Position numbers and translations under genes: made by a program
Assembly (NCBI GenBank): GCA_051294905.1
Contig: CM119383.1
Location: forward strand, 13,175,001 to 13,208,000
Length of the DNA: 33,000 nt
From: Botryllus schlosseri
Lineage: Eukaryota
Reading direction: 5' to 3'
Notes under the pieces: generated by a model
The model's input: the letters and a program-made list of their open reading frames with translations, nothing else
The model's database searches: none
Told to the model about the DNA's origin: nothing
Shown: positions 11,364 through 24,120 of the stretch, one piece after another
How the letters are laid out: every line of letters begins with the position of its first letter
Numbering within the stretch: the first letter of the stretch is position 1

Positions 11364-14300
11364 CCGTGATTGGTCCTTCACAGATGTAGTATGCATTGTG
11401 CAAACAATTAAGGAACTTAAATCCGTGTATGCTGCTGTACATTAAAATTCTTCCACATTGATCGCTCGAAAAAGTGTCAGATATATATCTTCCGTCATCT
11501 GAATGGAGAACACTCAAGAGTTAATAATATGAAATGTGTACAGCGAAAACTTGGTAGGAATTTCCTTGAGTAGGTCAACGAAGTCAGTGTTACTACTCAA
11601 GCAAATACAAGTATGAAGTTCATGGACATGGCCGAACTATTTGAAATAGAAGATGAAGATTTAAAAAGGACTCGACTAAATAGTTTTGAAAAGTGGATTT
11701 GGTCCATGGGTCACATACTTGTAGCAGTTAATTGAAGGTGGTCACTTTCAAATTGCAGGGTGCATATTCGCGACAAACGCAAAACAACCAAAGATTTGCC
11801 AATATATATCATGTTACTGTGAATCAGGGGCTGTTTTACCAAGTTGTTGTTTCCAAATGTTTCAGGCACACTATTTTATGTTTAGATCTGCAGAAAGGAG
11901 TGAATTGATTGTGATATCTTTAATGTGCGACTGTTTCATTCTTAGCTTATCTGATAAATGATTTTAAAAATGTAATCAAGTCCAACCAAATTGCTAAAGA
12001 TTAATTCAACCAACTGAGTAGAATCAGATGTGGGTGAGAACACCCGAGTTTTCCGTTTTCAGAATACTTCACAATATAAACTTTATCGTTTCTAGATTCT
12101 ATCAGAGGCAGGATAGATAGATGCACAAGAATTTCATGAGTGTTATTTCTATGAGAACAGGTTGATACTAGGGTTGTAACCAAGTCACAAGGTTCCGAGA
12201 CACAAGTCAATCTCACTTCTATAGTTTTTACTCGAGTCAAGTCGAGTCATTTTCAATTCACCACCGAGTCAAGGCCGAGTCCAAGTCAGCTAGTACAGGA
12301 TCGAGTCTGAGTCATAGTGTTTTGACTCGAATCCGAGTCAAACTCATTATGTTCAGTTCACTGTTCAGTTTCCAGTTCAATCCGGTTCAACCCACTCTTT
12401 CAACTCTGCTAGAGTGATATAGAATTGCTGGCATTCCTAATAAAGTCATTTTCCTCAGTTTGGCACTATTTTCCAAGTATCCGGACTGATAGACAAAATA
12501 TCAATGATGTGGTAACTTTACTAATATTCGAAGTCACAATGAAATGTCTACCTTAACCGTTCTAGTCTTGAGTCATATGATTTTGTTCGAGTCATGTACA
12601 ATGACTCGAGTACAAGTCGAGTCAATACATAATAAGACTCGAGTCGAGTCAATATACAAATTGACTCGAGTCACAAAAAAATCACGACTCGAGTCATTAC
12701 AAACCGGGTTGATACAGACCCTGATTTGAGCTTAACAGATTAATAACTTCATTGCCACTCGTCATTTTGTATTAGTCGCGAAGTTGCATCTTACAATTTT
12801 GAAAACCGTCAACAGCACTTGGCTGATAGAAACACACAACACCTCACAACATTCTACTTCTTCCGACTATTTCCGTCATTACCTCTCAGACCAGCCATAG
12901 TAGTATTGGCACTCTCCAAACCATTGATTTGAAGGTAAATGATTAAAATTTATTGACTCAATTCTTCTTCTACTTCTCCTTGAGCACCAACAGTGACTGG
13001 CTCAAATCCACATGAGTAGAATCCCCCTGAACATGCGAGTATCAACTTACATGAATTCAGCCGGAAATTCGAACCATCCTCCCATGTCCAGCTACCAGAA
13101 TTTGTTACATCAGAAACACCTGCAACATGCATAATACTGAAAGGAAAATTACCACTCTCCATAAAGCTATAGATATCATATATATTTCTAGCCATGTAAC
13201 AATTAGGTACCAGAATGGGGAAAATATTTGAAGCTGTATAACAAGTGTGCTTAAGCATTGTAGATTAACTATCTTAGTTTTTCATAGAAACAGGCTGAAT
13301 ACTACTAGCCCTTTTTCAGTTACTGACAATTGCATTGAGAGCATGATGAAATTGTTTGTTTGAGATTGTACAGCTATACGGCGTTTTTAGAATTAAATCA
13401 GAAAGTTCCTGATCATTTACGTAGTTCATGTGAAGAAAATTCTGATGATTAAAAATGGAAAAGAGCATCCTGGAAGAAACATATCACTTGATATTTATCT
13501 GGACCTCATTAACATGCAACCTTTGGATTGATACAAATCATCATCGGAATAACTTATCAAGTATATGTAATGCCTAATTACAACACAAGGTTGCAAATTG
13601 TCGAATCTTATTTGCAGTAGCATTCGATTGAATTGGGAGATAAAATGAAAGTGAAAATATTCAGCGAAATTTATTTATGCATATGCCAGTGTGGTTACAA
13701 TAAAAGAAACCTTCAGCTGTACCTATCCAAAAGGAGTTATGGCGATAATTTGAAGATCCTATATTCTGTAGAAAATTGAAAACATCATCTGTCTTCGGCA
13801 ACGCGATTCTGTACCCAATGTCCCTGTAAAATTGATATATGATGAAAAACAGTAGAAAAGCTATAGCAAAAATGAGCCAACGGATATTATTATTACAATA
13901 TTCATCTTCGAATTGAAGGAACACCAGCTTACTAGGGAATATTTATCTAAGCAATGTTTGACAGCATGTGAATTCTTTATTCATACTGTTTCTATCGGAT
14001 GACCAGAATATGAATAGGCCGATTGGTCATTGGTGATAATCTACAATGAGACCTTGGGTACTATGAAAAGGGTTGGTGATACAGTCGGAATCACAGCAGT
14101 ACATGAGAGGTATTTCAAAATGCATTTGGGGGGTGCATATGACCAAGGGATAACTCCAGTTAACAGATATTATAATTCCTTTCTTGAACGTTGATCTGAC
14201 AAATTGAGCCATTTTACCAATGCATTACAGAATTTTATATCGTAAATAATTTCCAACTATATTTACACATCACGTGGTTCGTAAAGAAACATATTGTGAA

Positions 14301-14627
14301 ACCACATTTATTTATCACAGAATCACATATGGGTAATATTACTTGGGTATTCAAAGACTTATTTTATCGAAAATGATGCAAAAATTATATCTTAATTCCA
14401 CATAATTCGTTATCAGCTAGAATGAATTAATGTGATAATAACTTCAAGCTGTACAAATATACCTCATTGCGCGTTCCAAGATATACTTCAATACCCAAAA
14501 GAAATTTGTAGAAAGCTCTACCAGTTTACTTACAAGCAAGCTTTTTTGGCTTCCGAAAAAGTGTGTGCATCCAAAAAGAACTTGTAATAATATGAGCCAT
14601 ATATATGAGACGACGTTTCTCCGTCAT
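11364..14627 (-). CDS. C-type lectin-like domain split over four exons (14534-14627, 13723-13823, 13051-13119, 11364-11498)
   Basis: Spliced product YYYKFFLDAHTFSEAKKAC|LDIGYRIALPKTDDVFNFLQ...SFWIG|VSDVTNSGSWTWEDGSNF...|...DQCGRIL...NCLHNAYYICE has the standard CTLD pattern (C, WIG, W-W-DGS, C...C, YICE). All phases match. Confidence 0.85.
12169..12707. mobile_element. hAT-like MITE, 539 bp, with GACTCGAGTC / CAAGTC arrays
   Basis: Perfect 8-bp TSD GTTGATAC (12161-12168 and 12708-12715); imperfect TIR TAGGGTTGTAA versus CCGGTTTGTAA. Confidence 0.8.
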
Positions 14628-14687
14628 CTAGAAGAGCAACAATGTCAAGTTTACACCTACTATAGATAAAATGCACAGTTCACCTAC

Positions 14688-15868
14688 TTTTGCTAAAATC
14701 CAAAAGACTCAAATTCTGATTGAACGCAATTTCTTTAAACTTTGATCCATCATCACCTAGCGATACATTCAACGACGCGATAGAATTTCCAAATTCAAAA
14801 TCTTCAGAGTTTCCATTCCTTGTGAATGAAAATTTGATTCCAATGTCGATTTTACCTGAGAATTTCATTATTTATGGAGTAGTAAAACAAAAATTTGAAG
14901 AGTATCATCAAGGTAATCGCAATTCAGTTTTACCAACCCATCCGACCTTTGACAGCCCATATTCATAGCCTGGAATGATGTCTGATTTCTCAGCTGTACT
15001 TAAGTTACTAAGAATTGAAAGCAACGTTACCAATGCTGATGAAATTCTCACAATCACATCACCCCAGAAAACTTTCCACAGCTCCCGAAATTCAGATATG
15101 CCGACAAAAACATAGGTTCGATTCGTATGAATAGTCAAAACTCTATTGCTATGGTACCAATTACTAAAAATAACAATAAATGTTAACCAAGACAGTATAT
15201 GGATGATGTTTTGTGACTTCAAGTCAGTTATGCAGGACATTATAGCCATGAAAGAAATACCTATTTAAGCAATTGGTGCCCAGGTTTATTTTGAGATATG
15301 TTAAACATACTCTCTACGGCTTCGACTCCTGACCATTGCGAAGAAATTTAATCATTAACAACCCTCACATAACACACCTTCCGCAAACGTAGTTTCAATA
15401 TCTTCAACACTCATTACGATGGGGGGAAGAGGGAGGTTTTCGCGATATGCGTAATAATACGAGCATGCTTCCGCAATATCATCAATAGGAAGGGTCACAA
15501 AGTTATTTTGAATTATCGACTCGTCCAGGAAATTGTCGTCAAGAACAATTATGGAGACATATGAAGGCATTTCCTCGCAAACAGAATCCGTTATTGTCAT
15601 CTGAAAATCAAAATTTATTAAGTCAGAAAAAGTGCAGTAACTTTATACCATGAGAATCAAATATGTATTGTTGTCATATTTAATCCATAACCACGGCGCT
15701 ACTTTTACTGCAGAAAAAATATGATTTGTATGCCATGAATTGTATGGTATGCCTTCCTAGTACAAAAAATATACTTAAAATCCCAAGAAATGTAAAAAGC
15801 ATCTCACCATTTGCCAGATTTCAAGCTCCTTCGTAGCAAACGAATAATGTGCATCCTGTAGCACCACC
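14688..15868 (-). CDS. Exon cluster (15808-15868, 15378-15600, 14934-15260, 14688-14855)
   Basis: Phase-consistent GT-AG junctions. Includes IIVLDDNFLDESIIQNNFVTLPI, which resembles a CARDB C-terminus. Confidence 0.7.
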
Positions 15869-16223
15869 CTAAGTTTTGATTGATTGCCAAGTTGGATTGC
15901 AAATGATCTAAAAAAATGATATGTTGTCCAATCTAATGGGAAATATGATGTCTTCTCTTTTTAAAATGCAGCATTCTTAAAACATTTCCATTTTTCTACA
16001 ATATATATTTCTGAAAGTCAGCTAGAATCCCAAGTGGAAGCAAACAAGCTAATCTAATCATACAGCTTTCTTGCGATTCTGAACAAATTGAGACTGAAGA
16101 TAACGCAATGTAGAATATATAGTTCTTGAGGATTCGAATGTTACATGTTGCAAGTTTGTGCTGGTATATGGACATGGTGCTAGAACATATCTACACGTAT
16201 ATGTACATGTACAATTTACATAC

Positions 16224-17221
16224 TCAAATTCATTTCTCAACAGACTGATACTCGTCAGGGAATCGGCAATAGGTTGACTGTGATACATGTAGCGAAGGTG
16301 CAGTTTCGAATTTGATATAGCTGCAGTCAGCATATTCCTGGCGTACAAAATGCCAGTCACCAGAAATTGCGATGCGCCGGCTTGGTGTATCAACCTCATT
16401 GCATTTGAAGAAATAGCATATACATCTCCTGGACATTTCAGGACAGCCTAAAGCAAAACGCGCAATATCAAGACTTATTAAAATGAACGGTCCTGTGGAT
16501 TCATTACCGTGGAATGAATAACATTATTCGTTTCGTCTGATTCCTCCAGTAAATTGTTATGGTCAAGATGGACACGCAGATTCATATCTCCACAATATAC
16601 CGACGGATACCTCATCCTTTTTGAAATAGGAAAAATAAGCAATTATAACGCAAATGAATCCGAATTTTACAATGCATATACCTGTCTATGAAATCGACCG
16701 TCATGTTTCTAGTAACTGAGTCAGTATTGTCGGCGGGGTTTTTAATCTGAAAATCACTCAAATCTGCTTCTGCTAACACACAAATACGAGTAGCGGCATT
16801 CGACTGAGGCTTGGAAAGGCATAGCTCAATTTCGAGAGTTGTATCTAGGGTGATTTCAGAATGGTGCTGATGCAGTTCAACCTGTAACAATGAAATATTA
16901 CACACCGTATTGAATTATACTGACGATTTGACTAAGAGAAACTCACATTAACTGAAATAGTTGAAGATAGGTTTTGATGGTATATGTCTACAGTCCTTTG
17001 AAACACCCCAGAAATGTCAAACTGTGAGCATGTGCACATCAATCTGCTTTCCATGAGGACAGGTCTTATGTCCGTGTACTTATAGTAATTCTTTTCGAAC
17101 CAGTCAACAGTAGGATTGAGTTCCACTGCAAGTGTACTGTTTTGACAGCAGACATTGAAGTCAAAACCTTTTTCCAATGCAAACAATTTGGTCACTTTTC
17201 TTAGTGTGGTAAGCTCCGATT
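16224..17221 (-). CDS. Exon cluster (16947-17221, 16682-16881, 16508-16616, 16224-16447) with the clearest CARDB-like motif
   Basis: Introns of 60-65 bp, phases chain 0/2/0. Reads YCGDMNLRVHLDHNNLLEESDETNNVIHST and ICVLAEADLSDFQIKNPADNT. The 17221 acceptor is uncertain. Confidence 0.8.
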
Positions 17222-17835
17222 CTGTAACAATTTCTCCGTGTTATTAGAGTGCAGTGATAAAACAGGATTACTGGTCTATGACAGTATCCTCATTTCCTTT
17301 AAAGATAGAGTAAAACGTCAGTTTAGATTACTTTGACTTGAGGAGTCATATTATTCTGCTGATAAGATGCAAGATTAATATAAGCAGACATTCTGCTATC
17401 AAATGTTCAACTCCAACCAACGGAATACTAAAAAGGGAACAGGGTAGTGTTGCACTACTGATATGTATATAAAAGAATGCAGAGTTGCTTGAAAAACTCA
17501 TGCAATTAATAGCTTTGCATGCTATCAAATTAATATATACCTACCAGATTTAAGCAAACGATTTGGCTTAAATGGTCATTTTGCAATATTGGGAATATTA
17601 AATCTCATTTCATCACTACCATGTCTGATTCAATGCAATATGTCTTACTCTGCGCTGTGCAGTTTAATCAGTGCATATATCCATAATTAAAATATGTTCC
17701 TCAACTATCTTTAAATATGGAATCTACAAACTTATGACATGTCAAGCGTTAACATACACAGAAATGTTACCGAAATATGAAATTTACCAATATTGAGTAA
17801 ACATACGACTCCAATAACGGTGCTTGCATATTTAC

Positions 17836-18224
17836 CTTGTATATCACCATCTTCTATTCTTTTGTTGCTGACAATTTCATGCCGTACATCGGAATCTCTT
17901 ATCTCAACCTTCACATATATGTCAGTCAGCCTTTGAAATTCAAATGCGTCTGGTGAAGCAACATTGAAAGATATTTCAAGCATTTTCCCTCCCTCTTCAT
18001 GATAGAAGTTATGATTTAAGGTGGAGATGAGTAGCTTATCGCCAGGGCAACGTATAAAGATGTTAGATGTCACCACGTTATTGACTGGTGATATTTCTTC
18101 AATAATATCCCCATGTGAGAGATATGATGCTTCGCATATGAATGAAACCGTCTGTCCGCAATTCCCCACTACTGTGGACAAGTTTTCAGTCCTTACTGAA
18201 TGCATCATCTTGACTCCAAGTGTA
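17836..18224 (-). CDS. Coding exon (389 bp, phase 2-1)
   Basis: ttttcaatttag|T...CAAG|GTAAAT; core of ORF 17732..18208. Confidence 0.85.
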
Positions 18225-18448
18225 CTAAATTGAAAAATAAAATTTCAATCACTTTGTAATCATTCCCAAAATCATATTCGAGATGACAACTAACATGAAA
18301 TAGCAGCGAAAGGGCCACGGATATTCATAAGAGTCATGGAAATAGATGAAAAAAGTCAGCAGTGTTTCTATAGTGGAGTTATCGAAGAAAAGCATTCATT
18401 GATATCAGAAGCTCAGGAGAAAACACTGCTCTGCAGATTGGTACTCAC

Positions 18449-19715
18449 TCTGAGGTCACGACAAGTACTGAGCTTGAAATGTCCTGTGACAATACTGTAA
18501 CGGTGTCTCCATTCTTAATTTTGAATACAATCTTCAAGTCCCGGTCCGAAATCAAGGGATCAACATCAGAATATAACAGCTCAGTCTTGGAAGCGATGAC
18601 AGATGTCTGCAAAGTCTGCTTGACATCCCACACATAGGTATCAGAAGTATTATCACTTTCATGAATTCGCAAATCAGAGAGGCGGAGATCCATAAACCTC
18701 ATTCCAAATACTAAGTACGCCATAATCGGATATGTAGAGCAGTTAATTGTGACTTCTCGAGTAAAAGGTAAGGGTACAAACTCTCCATTTATGTGAAAAA
18801 TGGTAAAATTCAGTGTTCCGGGAACCATTTTGAGATGCTTATTCGACGAGCATACCTCCTCGTATGCCATCGCGGTAAAAGGTATATCCAACTCTCGTGA
18901 CCCAAAAGGACCCAACGTTAATGTTGACGACAGATTAAATTTCGCAAAATTGGAAGAACAGTTGAAATTTTCTGCGTGAACACAAACGCCCAGTCTGAAG
19001 TCTGTTAACATGGTATTTTCGGGAGAAAGATTCTCCACCAAAAACGATACCGATGATCTGTATTCAAATGTCGGATACATTACTTCGTGGTCTGGCGTCA
19101 AGTGAACATGGTCGATGGCTAAGCGGTTGCCACAAATAACTTTGCCAACATGTGTGTTCTTTTTGTCTAAAATTTCCAAGGACTCGCTCAAAATCATTGC
19201 TGCCACTTCGATATGTTTACCACATTCGTTGGATGGGAGTTCATACAATAGAGTCACTGCACATTCGAGGTACACAATATCATCAGAAACACGAATGGTG
19301 TCTGCATTGTCAAACATTTGCGCGATTGTCATATTCTCAATGAATGATGCATGTATGCGACTATCAGTTAGCACATCCACGGAAAACGCAATTTTCGACC
19401 AGCACTCTCCAGCAAATCTGATTTCGCATGAGACTATCATTTCAGCAATATCACGGGCTGATAAATTCTCTGGCAGTTTTTCTATCCTCATCTTCACCGA
19501 CGTCTTGATTCTAAAGACAATTTCTTCTGCCAATCGGTTGTCAATTTGAGCAAAACCCGTTTTGCTTATGGCCAGATCTCTGATGGTGAATGTTATCGGA
19601 AAATCGCTGCATATTTTGGACTCGAATGGAACTGTCATCTCCACAATGTTGTCGGCTTCGTTCAATTCATCGATCTGTTGAATATCGATAAGTGTTTTTG
19701 TGATCGATTGTTGAA
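18449..19715 (-). CDS. Large coding exon (1267 bp) with Ig-like repeats
   Basis: 406-aa ORF 18445..19665 extends upstream to an aattag acceptor; donor GA|GTGAGT matches the phase of the next exon. Confidence 0.9.
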
Positions 19716-20260
19716 CTAATTGATTTGATATTCAATGTAAGAATGAAGTTTATTTTGGCTGTACAGTAACTACACATGTTTGTTTGTGAGTAAATTTGGG
19801 AACATATAACTTTTTATAATATCGGATATTACAAAGGAAAAGAAGTAGAGCATAATTATGAGACACAAAGTCATATCGCATGAAATCAGAAACTGGAGAC
19901 AATTCCTATCCCTACGCAATAGTGCTCGAGTTCACCAAGATATCATGGGTTGTATTTACTGAGTAGTAGCTGTTTTTCTTTTATCTGGATTGCCGAAATT
20001 AGTACGCACCTTCTGATAAAATCAGGAATTATGTTTACAAATTTCACGCAGTGAAGTGTTTCACCAGTTATTTGCTATCTGGCAGAGATATTTGAGATTT
20101 CTAAGTTCGCTAGTGAGCAGAAGGTGGTAAATTTAGTAGAATATTTTCCAAATCAACTAAGTAATTTTGTAATTTAAGCATTCCCTATGACATAAGATAA
20201 TACAGATCTATGGTAACTCCAAACTTGATATTTTGCCTAAGCAGATCATCAGTGGTTTAC

Positions 20261-22151
20261 GTATTAGTATGAGTGGCGTTCGAACTAAATATATACCAAC
20301 GTAGCTATTGAGGCCAATGAATGTACATATTCTGAAAATATAAGCTGCAAATTTGTGATATCACTTTCAGGATCAGAATGTCAAAGAATGAAAATAAACA
20401 ATTCATTGTTGCGTCTATTTAGTAATAATGTTGTTAAACCCTGAGATATTATTGCGTGACCAAGTCACCGACATGAAAAACAAACTTTCAAGGTCATACC
20501 TGCCCATTTCTTCCATCAGAATAATCACTGTCATCACTGTCAATCCAAGCCACAAGTTGGCATTGGTCCGAAGCACCTACAAATGATCAAAACTATGAAT
20601 CTGAAATTTTCAAACCCAACATAAGAACGCACCTGAACAACATACTCTAACCACATCCTGCACCGGTATAACTATATCTCCAGATATATACAGGGTTTGA
20701 TCAGTTACTGATATTGGGCTCTGCATCATTGAGATCTGATCGGCAGACTTTTTCGAATCAAGTTTGAGACTTGCTTCCGGATTAAACAACTTCATCCCGG
20801 ACAGATATATGTTGAAATTGAATTGGAAAACATTACGCCGATCTTCGGGTATCCCATTCAATTCAAACCTGCCAATTGATGGATACACGTCTACAGTGAA
20901 ACATCAATAAATCGAAAGTGTCCATAGAAAAGTCATAGGCTAATCAACAACAAAAAATACTATTTCAAATCAAAATATGAAGAAAAAAAAAATCATTTTT
21001 TTGAGCAATTCACATAATAACTTGGCTTACATCGCGTTTGCAATAGACCTATTACTCTTAATTTTACATTTAATTTCGAGATTGAACGTTACATACATTG
21101 AAATAACCAGCAGTCTGACTTATCCAATGCACTCTATTCAAAAGATATAATTAAAACAGGAATATATCAGATCAAATGAGTTACAAAGTTGTATTTATTT
21201 CAGCGAGACATTTATAGGTGCTACTTTAATTGCTTAAGTGACAAACCAGTTGACTGACAGCTCAATTAATTTGATCATACCATTGTCACTCAGATAAAAT
21301 AAAACTATTAGAACTTCTCAAATGAACGCCATTTTCATATGTCACTTCAATAAACTATGACTCAGTTAATAGTTTTCGATTAGGAAATATACAGCTGGGT
21401 CTAATGTGATTACCTTTCCGAGTTGGCTGATGTTCGGACAGCAAGATTGTACTGGACATGAATTTCAGCATCTACTGTATCAAGTGAAGGATAGAGTATG
21501 TAGTTGATGCCAAACTTTGGCGAGAGGTTGATATATTCCACCGTGTCACACGAGAGAATATTAAAATTGTCTGTAGCTTTGTTATTCTCAACAACAATTG
21601 GATCCAGACTGGATGTATAGCTTGAAGATCCAGGTATGATCTCCACATGAACATAACGCTAAAGAAAGAACATTATGTTAAAATCAGATTAAATAAATGC
21701 AATAAATATTTAAAGTTACATCATAGATAACTAATCATCAATCAATATCAGTACTTGGTGTAGTTTGAGGTGGAAGATATCCCTGTTACAATGAAATTTT
21801 CCAATACTACAGATGAAATCACTAGATATTGTGACTAATTTTGAAGCAATGCCGATATATGAGTCTATGACTCCTAATGCAATTGACTGTCACACTACCC
21901 ATTAAATGTATCAAAGAAGCAAATGTAAATATGCAGGAATTTCTATACATATTCTTGGTCGGGTAAACAAAGTAACGGAACTACGAAAATAGGCGTACAT
22001 GACGGGAAATTCAATAAACACTCACTTGTCGGGTACATGTATCGGTAATTGGGATGACGATAGTTCCATCAACAATGTACTTTTTGATATAGTTGTTTCT
22101 GTCAAAACCACTCGATAATGTTGGAGAAGACAGCCATGTATTGTCAATTGT
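20261..22151 (-). CDS. Exon cluster (22026-22151, 21755-21886, 21414-21658, 20646-20890, 20500-20576, 20261-20331)
   Basis: GT-AG boundaries. Peptides include KKYIVDGTIVIPITDTC and VFQFNFNIYLS. One phase join between 21414 and 20890 is unresolved. Confidence 0.65.
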
Positions 22152-22204
22152 CTGAAAATAAATTTTTCGAACGTGACACTTATTAGATATATTATAATCT
22201 AAAA

Positions 22205-22703
22205 CAGGGGTGGCCAACCAGTGACCCGAGAGAAAGTTTTGAGTGGCCCGCAACTTAATTGTCAAAATTAGTTAACAAAAATGTATTACCCAAGTAATTT
22301 CTTTTGAACTTACGAGGCCAACCAAAAATTTGATTAGTCTGACCATGAAATTTGGGATGTTGATGAATATAATATCAGTTATGACAGAGTGGCATAGCCA
22401 GGGGCCAGCCACATTTTTCGTAGTTCTTCGTACATTATTATGGAGTAGAATATTTCTCCGCAGATTTGACTGGAGATGAATGATAGACGCATGTTCGCCG
22501 AATAGTCCATTCCTTGCATACAGAGACTGGGTTTTCATTACATTAATGTTATCGATTATGATGCGTACTAAAACAAATCTTGTTTTCCTCGCTACTGAAT
22601 CCGGCTCGCTCCTATCAGATGACTAACAATGATACATAAAAGTGACCGTGCAATGATTAGTAAACTGCATGTGGCCCATTGGCCGAAAAGGTTGGCGCCC
22701 CCG
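22205..22703. mobile_element. hAT (Charlie-type) MITE, about 500 bp
   Basis: Left TIR CAGGGGTGGCCAACC, degenerate right end GGTTGGCGCCCCCG; GTGGCCC subterminal motifs; TSD ATCTAAAA / GTCTAAAC (6/8). Confidence 0.8.
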
Positions 22704-22887
22704 GTCTAAACGAACTACTATCAAGTAGCTAATTTCATCGCCGACGTGGGAAAGGGAGCGAAATTTATTTTTCAAAAATAAGGTTGTTTTGCGTTGCAAT
22801 TACGTAAGTGAAACGAGACAACTAACTCATCAGACTTGATGACATAGTCGGTTAGTGCTATATCCCAGGTTTTGGCAGATACATAAG

Positions 22888-23992
22888 CATAGGCGCCGAA
22901 CGCTAATTTTCCTTAGGTATGCGGGTTCGATGACGTCACAAAAGAATGACGTCATAATGCGACAGAATTGATATTTAGGGTTAATATAGCATCAATTCAT
23001 GAGGGTTAAGTGCATGCGTAAATGCCGATTATACAGTCTCCTCATGTTAACGAACTTGCGCGTATGATAAGCTTGTCAACGAGTCCGGAAGTGCTGTCAA
23101 TTAGCGAGTCCCTGATCGCTCGCGAACGATTAAATACGCCGCTTATCAATGTGTATTACGTAACCTCCGCGACGATTAGCGCAAGTCAAAATGTCCGAGT
23201 TGTTATGGAATCTGTTCTATAATGGCACCGATTTCAGGTTGTTCAAACCATACTCGTCTTTTTCAACTCAAGCCTTGACAGCCATTTTCTGATGGTTATG
23301 TTTAAGTATTAGCGTAATTCAATTACACATGCACGGCGAACGCACAATCGCACATGTCTGCGGACATTCAATGTCATCCAGTTTCGCGATGTCACTCTTT
23401 AATCACAATCGTTAATCAGCACACACCTAACGGCATTGTCTCCAAGCCAGCGAGAGATTGGAGCCAACACATGCTAGGCTCAAGACGCGATAGTTGGCCA
23501 ATGGCCAGCGATGATATCTTTCGTATCAGGCCTATTGCAGATGCGATTGTGTAGGCAAGCGATGATATCGTGCGCACCAATGCAGATGCGATAGTGCAGG
23601 CTAGCGATGGTACAGTACGCACCGGGCCTACTGCTGATGTAATTTTTCAAGCTAGAGAAACTAGGCTTGTTGGAGACGCGATAAATCAAGCAAGCGTCTC
23701 AAGCGACGATTGCCGAGCGCATAATTTCGCGATCATCTCAGCGGGAAAGCGCGTGGCGTTACATTGTGCCGCACAGACGAATCTCGCTAATTGGCCGCGC
23801 GCAACGGATTACCTCGCTCACATAAGCGGCAGCAGGTAATGTCGTAAACGGAAATACATTGCGATTTGTTCTAAATAACACAATCGGGGTTTATGCCGAT
23901 GCATGCCAAACTGAATTCTAGGTATGCCGCATACCTAAAAAAATGTCTAGGTATGCATGGCATACCTTGCATACCCAGGTTCGGCGCCTATG
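22888..23992. mobile_element. Non-autonomous hAT-like element, 1105 bp, with CpG-rich repeat-coding cargo
   Basis: Perfect 14-bp TIR CATAGGCGCCGAAC; TSD TACATAAG / TACACAAG (7/8); TAGGTATGC / GCATACC subterminal repeats. Confidence 0.9.
23483..23715 (+). repeat. Degenerate tandem repeat, about 5 units; the middle three are 45, 51 and 39 bp
   Basis: Core GA(T/C)GCGAT(A/T)GTG(C/T)AGGC(A/T)AGCGATG; translates as a repeated ADAIVQASD-like peptide. Confidence 0.75.
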
Positions 23993-24120
23993 TACACAAG
24001 GTAGCGGGTTCAGATCCCATTTAGTAGCCATACTTATTTTCTGTGCTACCATTTTAAAGCTTTTTCTTCTTCTCGCCCGCCTCAATGAGGTTAACAACAC
24101 CGTTATATATTTATACACAC

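Larger units (their letters stand above)
22841..24030 (+). mobile_element. tRNA-derived SINE-like head split by the 22888-23992 insertion
   Basis: A-box-like TAGTCGGTTAG near 22845 and B-box-like GGTTCAGATCCC at 24007-24018 lie about 40 nt apart once the insertion is removed. Confidence 0.45.

Noticed and set aside
8288-12730. CRISPR-like reading of the palindromic GACTCGAGTC arrays, and ORFs 8955..9161, 12001..12240 and 12544..12729
   Set aside because: No constant-length repeat with unique spacers and no cas genes; the context is eukaryotic and the arrays sit inside TSD-flanked elements.
13824-13924. Hydrophobic stretch WLIFAIAFLLFFIIY in ORF 13661..13924 as a transmembrane helix
   Set aside because: It lies upstream of the splice acceptor and is translated T-rich intron sequence.
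17222-17300. Three in-frame stops upstream of the 16947 exon as extra nonsense mutations
   Set aside because: A phase-compatible acceptor at 17222-17224 places them in the intron.
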